Of a stretch of 64,000 nucleotides of DNA, positions 35,001 to 44,160 are shown in pieces. The translations under genes and the position numbers were made by a program. Source of the stretch: Octopus sinensis. Lineage: Eukaryota. How positions within the stretch are numbered: the first letter of the stretch is position 1; every line of letters starts with the position of its first letter. Location of the stretch: NCBI RefSeq assembly GCF_006345805.1, contig NC_042999.1:73470001-73534000 (forward strand). The letters are read 5' to 3'. The notes below the pieces were generated by a model. That model made no database searches. It was not told the origin of the DNA and worked only from the letters and a program-made list of their open reading frames with translations.

Positions 35001-37848
35001 CGGTGATTTTTCTGAAGAAACTGGACCAAGCCACAGACTTTCCCAGAAGAGTAAAGCCTTAGACTATTTCTTTTTACTTTTACGAATGAGTCTATTTGAA
35101 ATCATTACGGCGGAAACGAACCGTTACGCTAAATGTAAACAAAACGAAAGAAAGGATACTTTGTGGTTTCCCACAACTTTAAATGAAATTAAGGCTTATT
35201 TTGCCATAAATATTATTATGGGTATCAGAAAGTTACCCAGAATAACAAATTCTATCGTAAAATTTTGTTGTATCCCCAATTGAATATTAGCTAATAACCC
35301 ATTTTCTATAGCGATGTTTGAACAAAATTTTAATAATTTTATATTTTGTTGAATTTACCTGTATCTACCTGCAATTAGAGTCACTTTGTGACAAAAATTA
35401 TAGTTTAGAATTGGTTGAGAACATTTCATTAAATTATCTTCCAAAATTCACGTTAATATATTGATAAATAAAAAAGTTATAGTTGTTTAATGAAACCAGA
35501 CTAAATTTATGACTACGTTAGAAATTAATTGAAACACATAAGGGGTGTATTTTGGTCAGAAATATAGTAACGAAAGGGTTAAGGTCCTCAAAGCATCCAT
35601 GGCTAGCACTATACCTCAGCAGTGGTACTAATGTTCCTCGTCAGTTATTCACTGTGTACATCTCAGACAAAGAATATATCCTTTAGATTTCCATTTAGTG
35701 CGATCCAATATTTCATGCTGCCTCCACAAATCACCTCACTAGAGAGTTGCTATATATCCATGCAAATATGTTGCACTGGATTTCTAAAGTAAAAAATTTG
35801 CACAAATACTGTTATGTATTTTGTAAATATGAATACTAAATGATATATATATATATATATATATAAGGATTATTAGCTGATATAAGAGGCATCTACTTTT
35901 TCATTTAAATGTTATTTTGGCTATAACTATTTTAATAAATCCGAACGTGGCGGTTGCCAGCGCCGCCCGACTGGCATCCGTGCCGGTGGCACGTGAAAAG
36001 CACCATCCGATCGTGGCCGGTGGCACGTAAAAAGCACCCACTACACTCATGGAGTGGTTGGCGTTAGGAAGGGCATCCAGCTGTAGAAACACTACCAGAT
36101 CAAACTGGGCCTGGTGCAGCCTTCTGGCTTCCCAGACCCCAGTTGAACCGTCCAATTCACGCCAGCATGGAAAGCAGACGTTAAACAATGATGATGATAT
36201 ATATATATATATAAATGTTATTTTGGCTATAACTCTTTTAATAAATATATATATATATACATATATATATATATCTATTAAAATAGTTATAGCCAAAATA
36301 ACATTTAAATGAAAAAGTTGATGCCTCTTATATCAGCTAATAATCCTTTCTACTATAGGCACAAAGCCTGAAATTTTGTGTGAGGGGATAAATCGATTAC
36401 ATCAAACCCAGTACTCAACTGGTACTTATTTTATCAACCCTGAAAGGATGATAGGTAAAGTTGACCCAGGCAGCATTTGAACTCAGAATGTGAAGACATG
36501 AAATGCCACTAAGCATTTCACCCAACATACTAATGGTTCTGCTTGCTCAACTAATAATGGAAGCAGAATTATTAAAAATAAAAAACTAAATATCCGGAAG
36601 TTTTTATATTTACAAATTAGTATAATTAAGAATGGATAAATAAATTAATGCTATGTGTATCAGATTAATACAGTCTTGTTTTAGAAAAGTGGTGTATCAC
36701 TACAATATCTACATACATACCTGTAGAATTTTACTTTGCTTTCCCCTTTGTTATGCTTTTGTTTTCCTCGCATTAAGCATCAAATAGGTGTCTAGTGTCT
36801 TGAGAAATCTGAAGAATATTTAGTCATCCATCATAGAACAGAATGAGGGAAGGAATTATTTCCCTTCCTTAATTCTAACTATACCTGTTCTATGCTTCCG
36901 CTGTTTCCCAAAAATTGGGCCATGGTGAAATGCTGTGGGACCAGAGAGAAATTTTTAAATTTAGGAAGAAATAAAGTGAAAATTAACTCAATTTCTTCCT
37001 AAAATTTTCTATTACTGTCTGTAACTCTTTAAAATTTACACACCCTGCATTTTACATATCTTAATTTGCCATAACAATCATTTGATTGTACAATAATAAT
37101 TTATTAATGATTAATAAATTATTGAGCTGGCAGTGGTAAGTCTGGTATGACAGTCTTATTGCTCTTAGATATATTATTTTGTTACTTAAAGCAAATGTTA
37201 CAAGGCAGCAAGCTGGCCGAATTGTGAGCACACCAAACAAAATGCTTGGTGGCATTTTGACTGTCTTCATGTTCTGAGTTCAAATTCTGCCAAGTTCAAA
37301 TTTGCCTTTCATCTTTTCAGGATCAATAAAATAAGAACCAGCTGAGCACTGGGGTTAATGAAATTAACTTACCATCTCCTGAAATTGCTGGCCTTGTGCC
37401 AAATTTGAAACAAACATGTTACATATGTTTCATTTGTAACAATGCAAGTTGATGGTTAAAATATTATAGTTGTATTAACAACAAAAAAATCCAAGAAATA
37501 CTAAAATACTAAAATACAAATGATATGTAAGAACTAAAAGACAATAACAGAAAAGCACAAACCTGATAGAAGCTGGCTGATTTTAGAAATTGCTCTGTTA
37601 ACAACTTTTTTCAAAAGTGATGATATTACAACATCATTGAAGTCCAAAAAGAAAGGTGATATGCGGATTGGCATAAATTTTGAAGCAGATCTCCGCAGTC
37701 TAGTTTCTGATGGGCTTTGCTCATACTCTAAATATTGTTGTACCAAATCTGTTGTCTGCACTTTATCATGCAAACATTCTGCTTTCAATCTTGCAACTGC
37801 TAACAGGAGGACAACCAATACAACCAAAAGCAAATATAGTCTGTACAT
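6235..37848 (-). CDS. CIROP: CIROP/LMLN2-like M8 (leishmanolysin-family) zinc metallopeptidase with C-terminal SEA-like module; span of 16 coding exons, 3' end outside the window
   Basis: Exon lengths 286+79+55+150+120+76+158+72+103+67+94+96+123+124+222+109 = 1934 nt splice in frame through GT-AG introns. Motifs: signal peptide, CLHD, PIRI, IPDDHL, YCQ...GRPISG, HELFHAVGFS, LSHWDQR...SIM, IDPITLAVFESSGWY, LWGKG. Symbol reflects recalled similarity to human CIROP; orthology is not proven. Confidence 0.9.
6888..7018. repeat. Inverted repeat, 58-bp arms, 15-nt loop
   Basis: 6888-6945 is the reverse complement of 6961-7018 with 2 mismatches. Confidence 0.9.
7200..8350 (+). mobile_element. Decayed Tc1-like transposase
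   Basis: HTH part MTRLSAVQREQAISRLQAG from 7324; DDE part VFSDES...FQQDNAPSH...WPALSPDLN (ORF 7751-8158); frameshifted, ends not resolved. Confidence 0.8.
8437..8790 (-). mobile_element. Non-autonomous RTE 3'-tail copy
   Basis: (cat)n-cgtttaac...ttccatgctagcatggg...ctggatgcccttcctaatgccaacc; matches 5890-6063 in reverse. Confidence 0.85.
9028..9249 (-). CDS. CIROP: Coding exon 15 (SEA-like module containing GSIIV)
   Basis: (T)TSHSSPYIFNVIFEDMDYHELLKADQIPNLPQIIIDKIIEIQPLDRRRLVNFLVRRGSIIVTFQLLPPNANMS; tttacAG / GTAAGT; phase 1 to 1. Confidence 0.88.
9510..10130 (+). mobile_element. Degraded RTE reverse transcriptase fragment
   Basis: Collinear with 3510-4130; GVPQGSVLSP and PYADD in ORF 9871-10152; stops and indels. 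Confidence 0.85.
10524..10647 (-). CDS. CIROP: M8 peptidase coding exon 14
   Basis: LPGYKGVVVCPKILSVLCTKANRETGTKPPRWTKKFSTEPS; cttttAG / GTGAGT. Confidence 0.9.
11772..11849. repeat. (CT)n microsatellite
   Basis: Direct reading. Confidence 0.95.
12133..12465. mobile_element. hAT-type MITE with 8-bp TSD
   Basis: Ends CAGTACTACTCAAA / TTTGAGAAGCACTG (12/14 inverted match); TAATAGAA duplicated at 12125-12132 and 12466-12473. Confidence 0.85.
12760..13092 (+). mobile_element. RTE 3' end remnant (ORF end plus tail)
   Basis: Similar to 4970-5050 followed by the conserved tail and (atg)n. Confidence 0.75.
14765..15190 (-). mobile_element. Degraded RTE fragment
   Basis: ORF 14753-14938 AIKDMKTWKAPSPPGITTEMLKI...VIPNNWC matches RTE 3420-3590. 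Confidence 0.8.
16824..17276 (+). mobile_element. Tandem/nested tRNA-derived SINEs (MetaSINE-like central domain)
   Basis: ggtggcgagctgg head; gtcgactttgcctttcatcctttcggggtcgataaattaagtaccag domain present twice. Confidence 0.8.
17374..17496 (-). CDS. CIROP: M8 peptidase coding exon 13
   Basis: ISSAYEMKGMCYEYRCRGRHKIDIRVRDTKWTSCPAGKSIT; ttttcAG / GTAAGT. Confidence 0.92.
18300..18395 (-). CDS. CIROP: M8 peptidase coding exon 12
   Basis: NRCSISDKTSLKAYGEIFSHRSRCFYSNLTSD; taacAG / GTATGT. Confidence 0.9.
20096..20189 (-). CDS. CIROP: M8 peptidase coding exon 11
   Basis: (S)EEGCHFLHKDKATCQSGIFLEPCGIFQSKAE; ctccAG / GTAGGA. Confidence 0.9.
20985..21051 (-). CDS. CIROP: M8 peptidase coding exon 10
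   Basis: (G)AGCKFGLAETCVNDTEFFCSG; tttcAG / GTGATT. Confidence 0.9.
21833..21990 (-). mobile_element. tRNA-derived SINE (CORE-like), 5' part
   Basis: Same family as 758-916. Confidence 0.7.
22101..22203 (-). CDS. CIROP: M8 peptidase coding exon 9
   Basis: SHQTVIDPITLAVFESSGWYKVNYAASDKFLWGK; ctctctAG / GTAATT. Confidence 0.93.
22530..22660. repeat. 18-bp minisatellite (gagtcaatgagagagttt)n
   Basis: About 6 degenerate copies read directly. Confidence 0.8.
23711..24200. mobile_element. 490-bp palindromic element: two divergent tRNA-Ser-like heads, (AAT)n and a hammerhead motif in each arm
   Basis: Arms are reverse complements around gcccgtgggc (~23944-23953). A/B boxes ggcgtagtggttaag and ttcgagtcc; CTGATGA...GAAACGTTGTG motif in each arm. 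Confidence 0.85.
23759..23804 (-). ncRNA. Minimal type I hammerhead ribozyme motif (Penelope type), one helix II mismatch
   Basis: GACAC-CTGATGA-A-GCCTGG..TCAGCC-GAAAC|GTT^GTGT; palindromic ACGT helix III; helix I ACAC/GTGT. Confidence 0.6.
24506..24715 (-). mobile_element. MetaSINE-like SINE with 12-bp TSD
   Basis: GCATAGAATGTT at 24494-24505 and 24716-24727 flanks a reverse copy of the 16886-type SINE. Confidence 0.85.
25433..25504 (-). CDS. CIROP: M8 peptidase coding exon 8 (third zinc His and Met-turn)
   Basis: DGQLLSHWDQRMMESSIMVPTAGL; ttccAG / GTATGT. Confidence 0.93.
25663..25820 (-). CDS. CIROP: M8 peptidase coding exon 7
   Basis: (A)FEDSELPCISSVDSSLATSGRQRLTLPSVVRKARQHFGCSTDVDYGVLMETK; tttttaAG / GTAGGA. 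Confidence 0.92.
26607..26860 (-). mobile_element. Non-autonomous RTE 3'-tail copy
   Basis: (cat)n cgtttaacgtccgctttccatgctagcatggg...ctggatgcccttcc. Confidence 0.85.
27231..27306 (-). CDS. CIROP: M8 peptidase coding exon 6 (HEXXH zinc-binding site)
   Basis: VAMHELFHAVGFSKSLLKKFETCKP; ttttccAG / GTAAGT. Confidence 0.95.
27545..27735. repeat. Degenerate ~21-bp minisatellite (gcaagctgcacttgtagaa..)
   Basis: About 8 copies read directly. Confidence 0.7.
28155..28274 (-). CDS. CIROP: M8 peptidase coding exon 5
   Basis: DKHVIAFAGYCQTDQSGRPISGMINFCPNQLDVDEDSMYV; ttgcAG / GTAAGT. Confidence 0.92.
28845..29090 (+). mobile_element. RTE ORF C-terminal fragment
   Basis: GIRSIRCGVQEKQLHWYGH...RGRPRKTWDEVVKHDL matches 4790-4990. 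Confidence 0.85.
29630..29779 (-). CDS. CIROP: M8 peptidase coding exon 4
   Basis: IPDDHLEGFSVWNRTGKEPVKTYFTSGPGVNDTDYLLYVSVKESSNCWLK; tttcAG / GTAAGA. Confidence 0.92.
30063..30450 (-). mobile_element. RTE 3'-tail copy with 2-3 array units
   Basis: Reverse match to the RTE tail and to gtggcacgtaaaagcacc units. Confidence 0.85.
31888..31942 (-). CDS. CIROP: M8 peptidase coding exon 3
   Basis: (K)CSGLERRYDGEYCLEIVK; gttttAG acceptor, GTAAAA donor; phase 2 to 0. Confidence 0.85.
32477..32818 (+). mobile_element. Full-length tRNA-derived SINE of a third family, with 12-bp TSD
   Basis: tggctcagtggttaga A box, ctcgaatccc B box, ttgtgttcttgagcaagacactt domain; AGAATGAGGCAA at 32465-32476 and 32819-32830. 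Confidence 0.85.
33517..33595 (-). CDS. CIROP: M8 peptidase coding exon 2
   Basis: (V)VRALNSLLLARSACHTKWSDGPNKH; cattacAG acceptor, GTAAGT donor; phase 1 to 2. Confidence 0.85.
34535..35578 (+). mobile_element. Internally deleted piggyBac transposon
   Basis: TTAA at 34531-34534 and 35579-35582; 12-bp perfect TIR CCCTTTCGTTAC; transposase N-terminus in ORF 34771-35283. Confidence 0.92.
34771..35283 (+). pseudogene. Truncated piggyBac transposase (acidic N-terminus and start of the core)
   Basis: FEIITAETNRYA...WFPTTLNEIKAYFAINIIMGIRKLP is a typical PGBD-family N-terminal block; DDD triad absent. Confidence 0.85.
35867..36346. mobile_element. Foldback element (71-bp arms) interrupted by an RTE tail insertion
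   Basis: 35867-35937 is the reverse complement of 36276-36346 (1 mismatch). RTE tail at 35941-36197 is flanked by a 34-bp duplication (35907-35940, 36213-36246). Confidence 0.8.
37563..37848 (-). CDS. CIROP: M8 peptidase coding exon 1: signal peptide, CLHD cysteine-switch-like motif, furin-type RLRR
   Basis: MYRLYLLLVVLVVLLLAVARLKAECLHDKVQ...ETRLRRSASKFMPIRISPF...ISQLLS. ATG at 37848, donor GTTTGT (phase 1). Acceptor ttttttctAG at 37967, so 37849-37967 is 5'UTR. Confidence 0.9.
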
Positions 37849-38544
37849 TGTGATGGAGGCTGTGTTGTGTGACCAGCAGCTAGGAAGAGCTGGTATCACA
37901 CACTGCTTTTATCAGACCCAATCAGGCAGCAAGTTCCACAAGACCGAATGTAATATCTACAGGTAACCTAGAAAAAATATTAAAATATTGAAAGAAAATT
38001 AAAAATTAAATATATAATTACATGCAGTGTTATTTGCTTATATTTTATTTTCTGTTGAAATAGTTCTGCTAAACTGAAACTTCCCTTGCAAAATAAAATA
38101 CATGTGATACTATATTTAAAAGTATTGAGTGATCTTTCAATTAATGTTTTTATATATAATTATACTTAAAAAACAAACATTTGTGTGTGTGTGTGTGTGT
38201 GTGAGGGAGGGAGTGGGTGAGAATGTTTGTTTTTATGTTCAATTATAATAAAAGCAATTTTACATTAATCTAAAGTGTTACTCTATACTTTTGTAGAATA
38301 CCAATTTATTATTATTAAACAAGAATATCAACAACAACAAAAAACACAAAGTGCTCAATGTGCTCTACATTAGAAATGTGTAAAATGTACTGTAATTGTG
38401 TTGGTATACTGGATTGTTTCATTGTATCTAAAGGTTCCATGTAGTTGACATTAACCACTCATACTCTTTGATTCCTATCTCACCACCGATTCATACAAGC
38501 CACATGAAACCCTCAGGCACAAGGAAATAATTCAGTTAACCAAC

Positions 38545-38815
38545 TTATAAATATAACTGATCAAACATGTTACAACTATAACAGACCAGACTAAATAACA
38601 TGTTACAATTGTAGCTGACCAAACGTTATAAAACTATAACTGACTAAACAACATGTTACAAGTGAAATAGAGCAAACAAATGTACAACTACAATTGAGCA
38701 AACAATAGATGTTACATCTATAATTAATTGGACACATGTTGATTGACCAAACAATACATGTTACATTTAAAATTGAGCAAATAACAAGCATTGCAACTAT
38801 AGTAGATCACATAAC
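38545..38815. repeat. Degenerate ~27-bp tandem repeat (aacatgttacaactataactgacca)
   Basis: acatgttaca recurs about 7 times. Confidence 0.6.
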
Positions 38816-39683
38816 TATGTAACCACAGTGCTCAAGAAACATTGAGGAAACTGTGTTGAACAAAATGCAGGAGAGAAGCTTACAGAAATTAAACATTATG
38901 TGCCAGTGCCACATTTAAAGCACCCAGCACACACTATAAAGTGATTGGTATTAGGAAGGGCATTCAGCTGTAGAAACCATGCTAAATAAGACTGGAACCT
39001 GGTGCAACTCTCTGGCTCGCCAGCTCTGGTCAAACCATCCAGCCTATGCCAGCATGGAAAACAGCCGTTAAAGGACGATGGTGATGACAATGTAGTTAGT
39101 GAAAGCTGCAGGACAGGTGAAATTGATAGAGCATCAGTTACAATTTTTTTTATTCTGAGTTCAAACCCAACAAAGGTCAACTTTGCTTTCATCTTTCTGA
39201 AGTCAGTGAAATAAAGTATGAAATAAGTAATGGTGCTGATATAATCCACAATACATTCCACATAAATAGGAGTCATTAAAGCCTATGTTAGAAATGAATA
39301 CTATGTAGTCAATACAAATAATAATATAGTGGGATCTTAAAAGACTGAGAAGAAACAAAGACTTTTTATGGTGTAAATACATGTCCCATAAGCACATATT
39401 TACACCATAAGCACTGGGGTCAATGTAATTGACTAAACCCCCACCTTAAAAATAGCTGGCCTTGAGCCAAAATTTGAAACCATTTTTATTATTATTCAAA
39501 ATGACAGTCAATGAGAGAATTGGTATAACAGCAGGCAAATTTTCTTGTCATAGTTAGGTACATTCCATTATGTTCAGAGTTCAAATTCTGCCAACGTAGA
39601 CTGCTTTTTATCCATCTTTCGTTGAATAAACTGGTAAAGTATTAAGTAGTTCAATAACTTCAACAACCAAATAACCTTATTAA

Positions 39684-39894
39684 CCCTTTCCTTACTGTAT
39701 TTATTTTGAGATGCTCTGTGTTTCTTTCAGTTAATTTTAGATATAACAAAGAATTTAATAATATAATTTGGTTATCATTAAGCTAGTGTTCGGAACATTA
39801 AGTTTGGTGGAAGATTTTAATTCAGAATTTTTGAAAATAAGACATTTGTACTACAAGGCCAGAGGCGATTTCAGCTGGGTTGGTATCAAAAGGG
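39684..39894. mobile_element. piggyBac-type MITE
   Basis: TTAA|CCCTTT...AAAGGG|TTAA; imperfect TIRs related to the 34535 element. Confidence 0.75.
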
Positions 39895-40175
39895 TTAAAT
39901 GTGAGAGTGTTGAAAGAATTACGAGGCACATCTCCCCACTTAGAATAATTAAGTAAAAAGAGTAAATTAGCCTTGTACATAACAATTAGATTCTAAACAT
40001 AAGTTGGTAGGAGGTATAGTTTTGTGATTAAGAAGTTTGATTTCCAACCACATGGTCACAGGTTCAGTCCTACTACGAGGCACCTTAGGGAAAGTGTCTT
40101 CTACTATAGCCCTAGGTTAATTTGGCAGATGGAAACTGAAAGATGCCCATCGTACGTACGTACGTATGTATGTAT

Positions 40176-40565
40176 GCAGGAGTGGCTGTGTGGTAAGTAG
40201 CTTGCTAACCAACCACGTGGTTCCGGGTTCAGTCCCACTGCGTGGCATCTTGGGCAAGTGTCTTCAGCTATAGCCCCGGGTCGACTAATGCTTTGTGAGT
40301 GGATTTGGTAGACGGAAACTGAAAGAAGCCTGTCGTATGTATGTATTTATATATATGTATGTTTGTGTGTCTGTGTTTGTCCCCCTAGCATTGCTTGACA
40401 ACCGATGCTGGTGTGTTTACGTCCCCGTCACTTAGCGGTTCGGCAAAAAGAGACCGCTAGAATAAGTACTGGGCTTACAAAGAATAAGTCCCGGGGTCGA
40501 TTTCCTCGACTAAATGCGGTGCTCCAGCATGGCCGCAGTCAAATGACTGAAACAAGTAAAAGAGA
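40176..40565 (+). mobile_element. Full-length tRNA-derived SINE (CORE-like), preceded by a partial copy at 40011-40155
   Basis: A box tggctgtgtgg, B box ggttcagtccc, ttgggcaagtgtctt, internal (tatg)n, tail cagtcaaatgactgaaacaagtaaaagag. Confidence 0.85.
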
Positions 40566-41099
40566 AAAAAAAAAAGAAAGAAAAATGTAGTGTGTGCGTG
40601 TCCTTTTTTTCACATTGCAAGGTGATTGTAAATGGGTGTCACAATCATACAAGCAATGTCATTCATTTTTAATATTCCGTGGAAACATGTTTGGCTATGA
40701 GGAAATACAACCTTGTTTAGAAACAGAAGAGGTTGCCAACATAAAAGCAACTTCAATGAAGTCCATAGAAGTATGGAAATGAGGACATTCAAATGATTAT
40801 GATGATAATGTAGCATATTATTTTACAATACAGTAAGTATACACTCGTTTCAGCTGATTTTTACATGCTAGAAACTATCAGAAGGACTGGTATGAAAAGT
40901 ATATTCTATATGACACAACAGAAAAGATACTTACGTTTTGAAAGAAAGTTTCTTATCTTAGAATTATAAGCACTTATAACCTTTACAAATAAGAATTATT
41001 AAACTTTACAGTACTTTGAGTTTGTTATCAAACTACCAGGACTGGCTTTATCTGTCTACCTTCCACGATCAATAAAATAAGGACCCTTCATTATGACTT

Positions 41100-43200
41100 C
41101 TTTGACAAGCACTGTGGGCATGTCAGGCAATGTTTATGAAAATACAAAGGTAATTTACCATTGCTTTCTTCCATGTATTTTTCAAGAGACCATCTTACCG
41201 GTTACAGCCGATGTTGAGATGGGGAGATAAAATAGGAATCAACTAGTACTTGATACATACTATATTCATTGATCCTAAAAAGATTAAAGTGTGATTTGAA
41301 TTAAGGAAAGCTGAGAAGAATCCCACAAAGTATTTTAATTCAACGTACTAAAGACTGCTTATTTGTTGCCTAAAACTAAATCAATAATCGATTTTATTCT
41401 ACTTGAAACGATTTGTGTGACAGTGTTAGCGTTAAACAAAACTATGAAGTTGAATCGAGCACAGTCAAAATAGTTAATATAACGAAATAAGTTTGAGTGT
41501 CACTTTCAACTTTATCTTGCGACAAAGATATGATCTAAATATTAGAAAAAAATAATAATAATATTATGAAAGTCCATAAATTTGTACATCAGAAGGGAAA
41601 TAACATTCATAAAACGGATCTTATTGAAACTTAACCGACCATCCTTTATGCTCTTCTTTAACCAATTTAAGCTTCTACGTAAACAAAAAAAAAATAATAT
41701 TGTTCGCAGAGTTCAAATCCCGATCGTCCCTCAAATTTGTAGCCGTATCTACCATCAAATCGTGGTTAAGTGAGAGTTCTTTCTATTCCTTAAAGCAAAA
41801 CTTTTACCACTTTATAAACTGTTTACATCCACTATTTGCCGACGCACAACATCCCTAGTTTCCTTGATTTCTACTTTCCCAATTAAACAAGAAGATAGTT
41901 GCACAATTTTCAAAATAAACGTTTAATGACCCCCAAAATGTGATCTAAAGTTCCGTGTCGAGCAATTTTAGATACTTCGATTTCTGCATTTCCATTATTA
42001 CTTCCTCCATCCTGATGGAGATAATCGTAAGGCTAAATAAAATAACTTATTCCTTTAACAACTACTAATATTTCTATCGTACCAAAAAGTAAACAGGTTT
42101 CCTAAAAAAAAATCTAACAAGAATTTGAAACTACTACAACGTTCAGATTGGCATCCAAGCTTCCTATCGTTATTGATTTGTGGTTTATTTTCTTTTAGAT
42201 ATTAACTTTGCAAAGTTGACTTACAGGAATGGAATTTTCTAAAGCTCTTAATTTTGTAATATTTATCAAACTTTAACAAAAAAATAATAAATTATCTGAT
42301 GGTATTTATACACAAATAAATAGTTAGATAGTTAGGATGTTTTGAGGAAGAGACAAACTATTATGAAGTTTAAATATATTTCCTCCAACCTAATTTATAT
42401 CTATAAATATTGTCAGATGTGTAAATAGATGCAGTGATATCGTGATGTAAACAAAGTAAAAATTGATAAATACTAATGAATAAATTAAGCAAAGTATCCC
42501 GTTGATTTAGCGCTTAATACTTCTCTTTGGTATTTTTATAAATAGGATGGAATTGTTTTAAGTATTAGCTAAATATATCGAAGAAAAGTTTAATAAAAGG
42601 GAGAAAAAGTGTCAGCTGCCATTTTGGAAAGGGAAAAAAAAAAAGAAACGAAAAGATAAAGCAAGATCCTATCCGTCTAAAACAAAATTTTTGAAGTAAA
42701 CCTTTTCATCTGTTAAATAATTGAGTAAACTAATTCTGAATGCGAAAATATATCGCGTCTTAAAAGAATTGGCTAAGTTATTGATGTCTTTAAAGCACCA
42801 CATGACTAAAAGATTCTCCAGATTCAGAGGGAAGAAAATATTCGCGATAAAGCATAAGGTTCATCATTCACTAAGAAAATTAGCGACGTTAATGAAGTTA
42901 AACGAAAGGATTTTAATATTAATTATTGATAAATAAAGATATGTTAGTTTATACAGCAAAGAACACGCAGCGATTTCAACTATAATTCCATCACATTACA
43001 TCGACACCGGGAAGCAGTCAACAACAAAAACTTTCAGAGCGCGTGAGAAAGATGTGAGGATGAAAAGTTTTCTGTTCTTTACTACCAATCGACAACACAA
43101 GAATTATACGATGACTGAACTCAGAACGTTAGGAAAAACAGCAACAATAAGAAATATATTTTAAATAATACAAAACAATTCTTCAGGGAGAAAAATAAAA
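41100..43200. promoter_or_regulatory. Candidate promoter/5' region of the M8 gene
   Basis: Visibly more CpG outside transposons than elsewhere; YY1-like CAAAATGGC on minus at ~42618-42626; minus-strand GTAAGT donors at ~40934 and ~42224 that could end 5'UTR exons. Inference only. Confidence 0.35.
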
Positions 43201-43325
43201 GTAAACATCGTAATGATGATAGCTTTGAAGGCAGGTTTACTGAGTACTCACATCATAAAATGGGACAGGAGTGCTGTCTCCAACATAAGAGAACTGATGC
43301 TGAAAGAGAAATTACACGGAATCTT

Positions 43326-43545
<220 letters not shown>

Positions 43546-43652
43546 CTGGGGAGAGTCATTTTCTTTTTGTGCCGGTACAATTTCCACTTATTTCTTATTT
43601 TTATTTTCCTAACATTTTCGTTGCGTCTTGCAACCTTTTCAATACTCTTGAC

Positions 43653-43683
<31 letters not shown>

Positions 43684-43724
43684 ATGTATGTATATAGAAG
43701 GTTGAAAAGGAACACACGAGTTGA

Positions 43725-44160
43725 TATGTATAAAGAAAAAAGCCAAGGTAGATTTATCATAAAAAACATTTTAGTACCGGTTTCAGTCATTGAGACTTTG
43801 TCAACTCTAAGAATGGAAAACAATTAAATTTTGAAAAAATTAAATGAAAAGTTGTTTTTTTTAAATATTTGCGTAGTATTCAAATACAAAGGTCATTTTC
43901 CTGGTTTCTGCCTGTCTCTGTGTCTCAAACCCACAAGAGTAAACAAGAGACAGAGACAGGCAGAAACAAGGAAAATGCCCCTTGTATTAGAATACTATGC
44001 AAATATTTTTTTTGAAAACTTTTCAATTAATTTTTCCAAAATTTAATTGTTTTCCATTCTTAGAGCTGAAAAGTCTCAATGACTGAAACCGGTACTAAAA
44101 TGTTTTTTATGATAAAATTATTTTAGCATTTTCTACCTTGACTTTTTTCCTTTTGTATAT
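43725..44160. mobile_element. Foldback palindromic element (~175-bp core arms, 20-nt loop)
   Basis: 43753-43926 is the reverse complement of 43947-44116 at high identity; weaker extension outward. Confidence 0.85.

Noticed and set aside
42980-43130. First exon of a divergent plus-strand gene
   Set aside because: Candidate donors exist, but no downstream plus-strand coding exon could be identified in 43-64 kb
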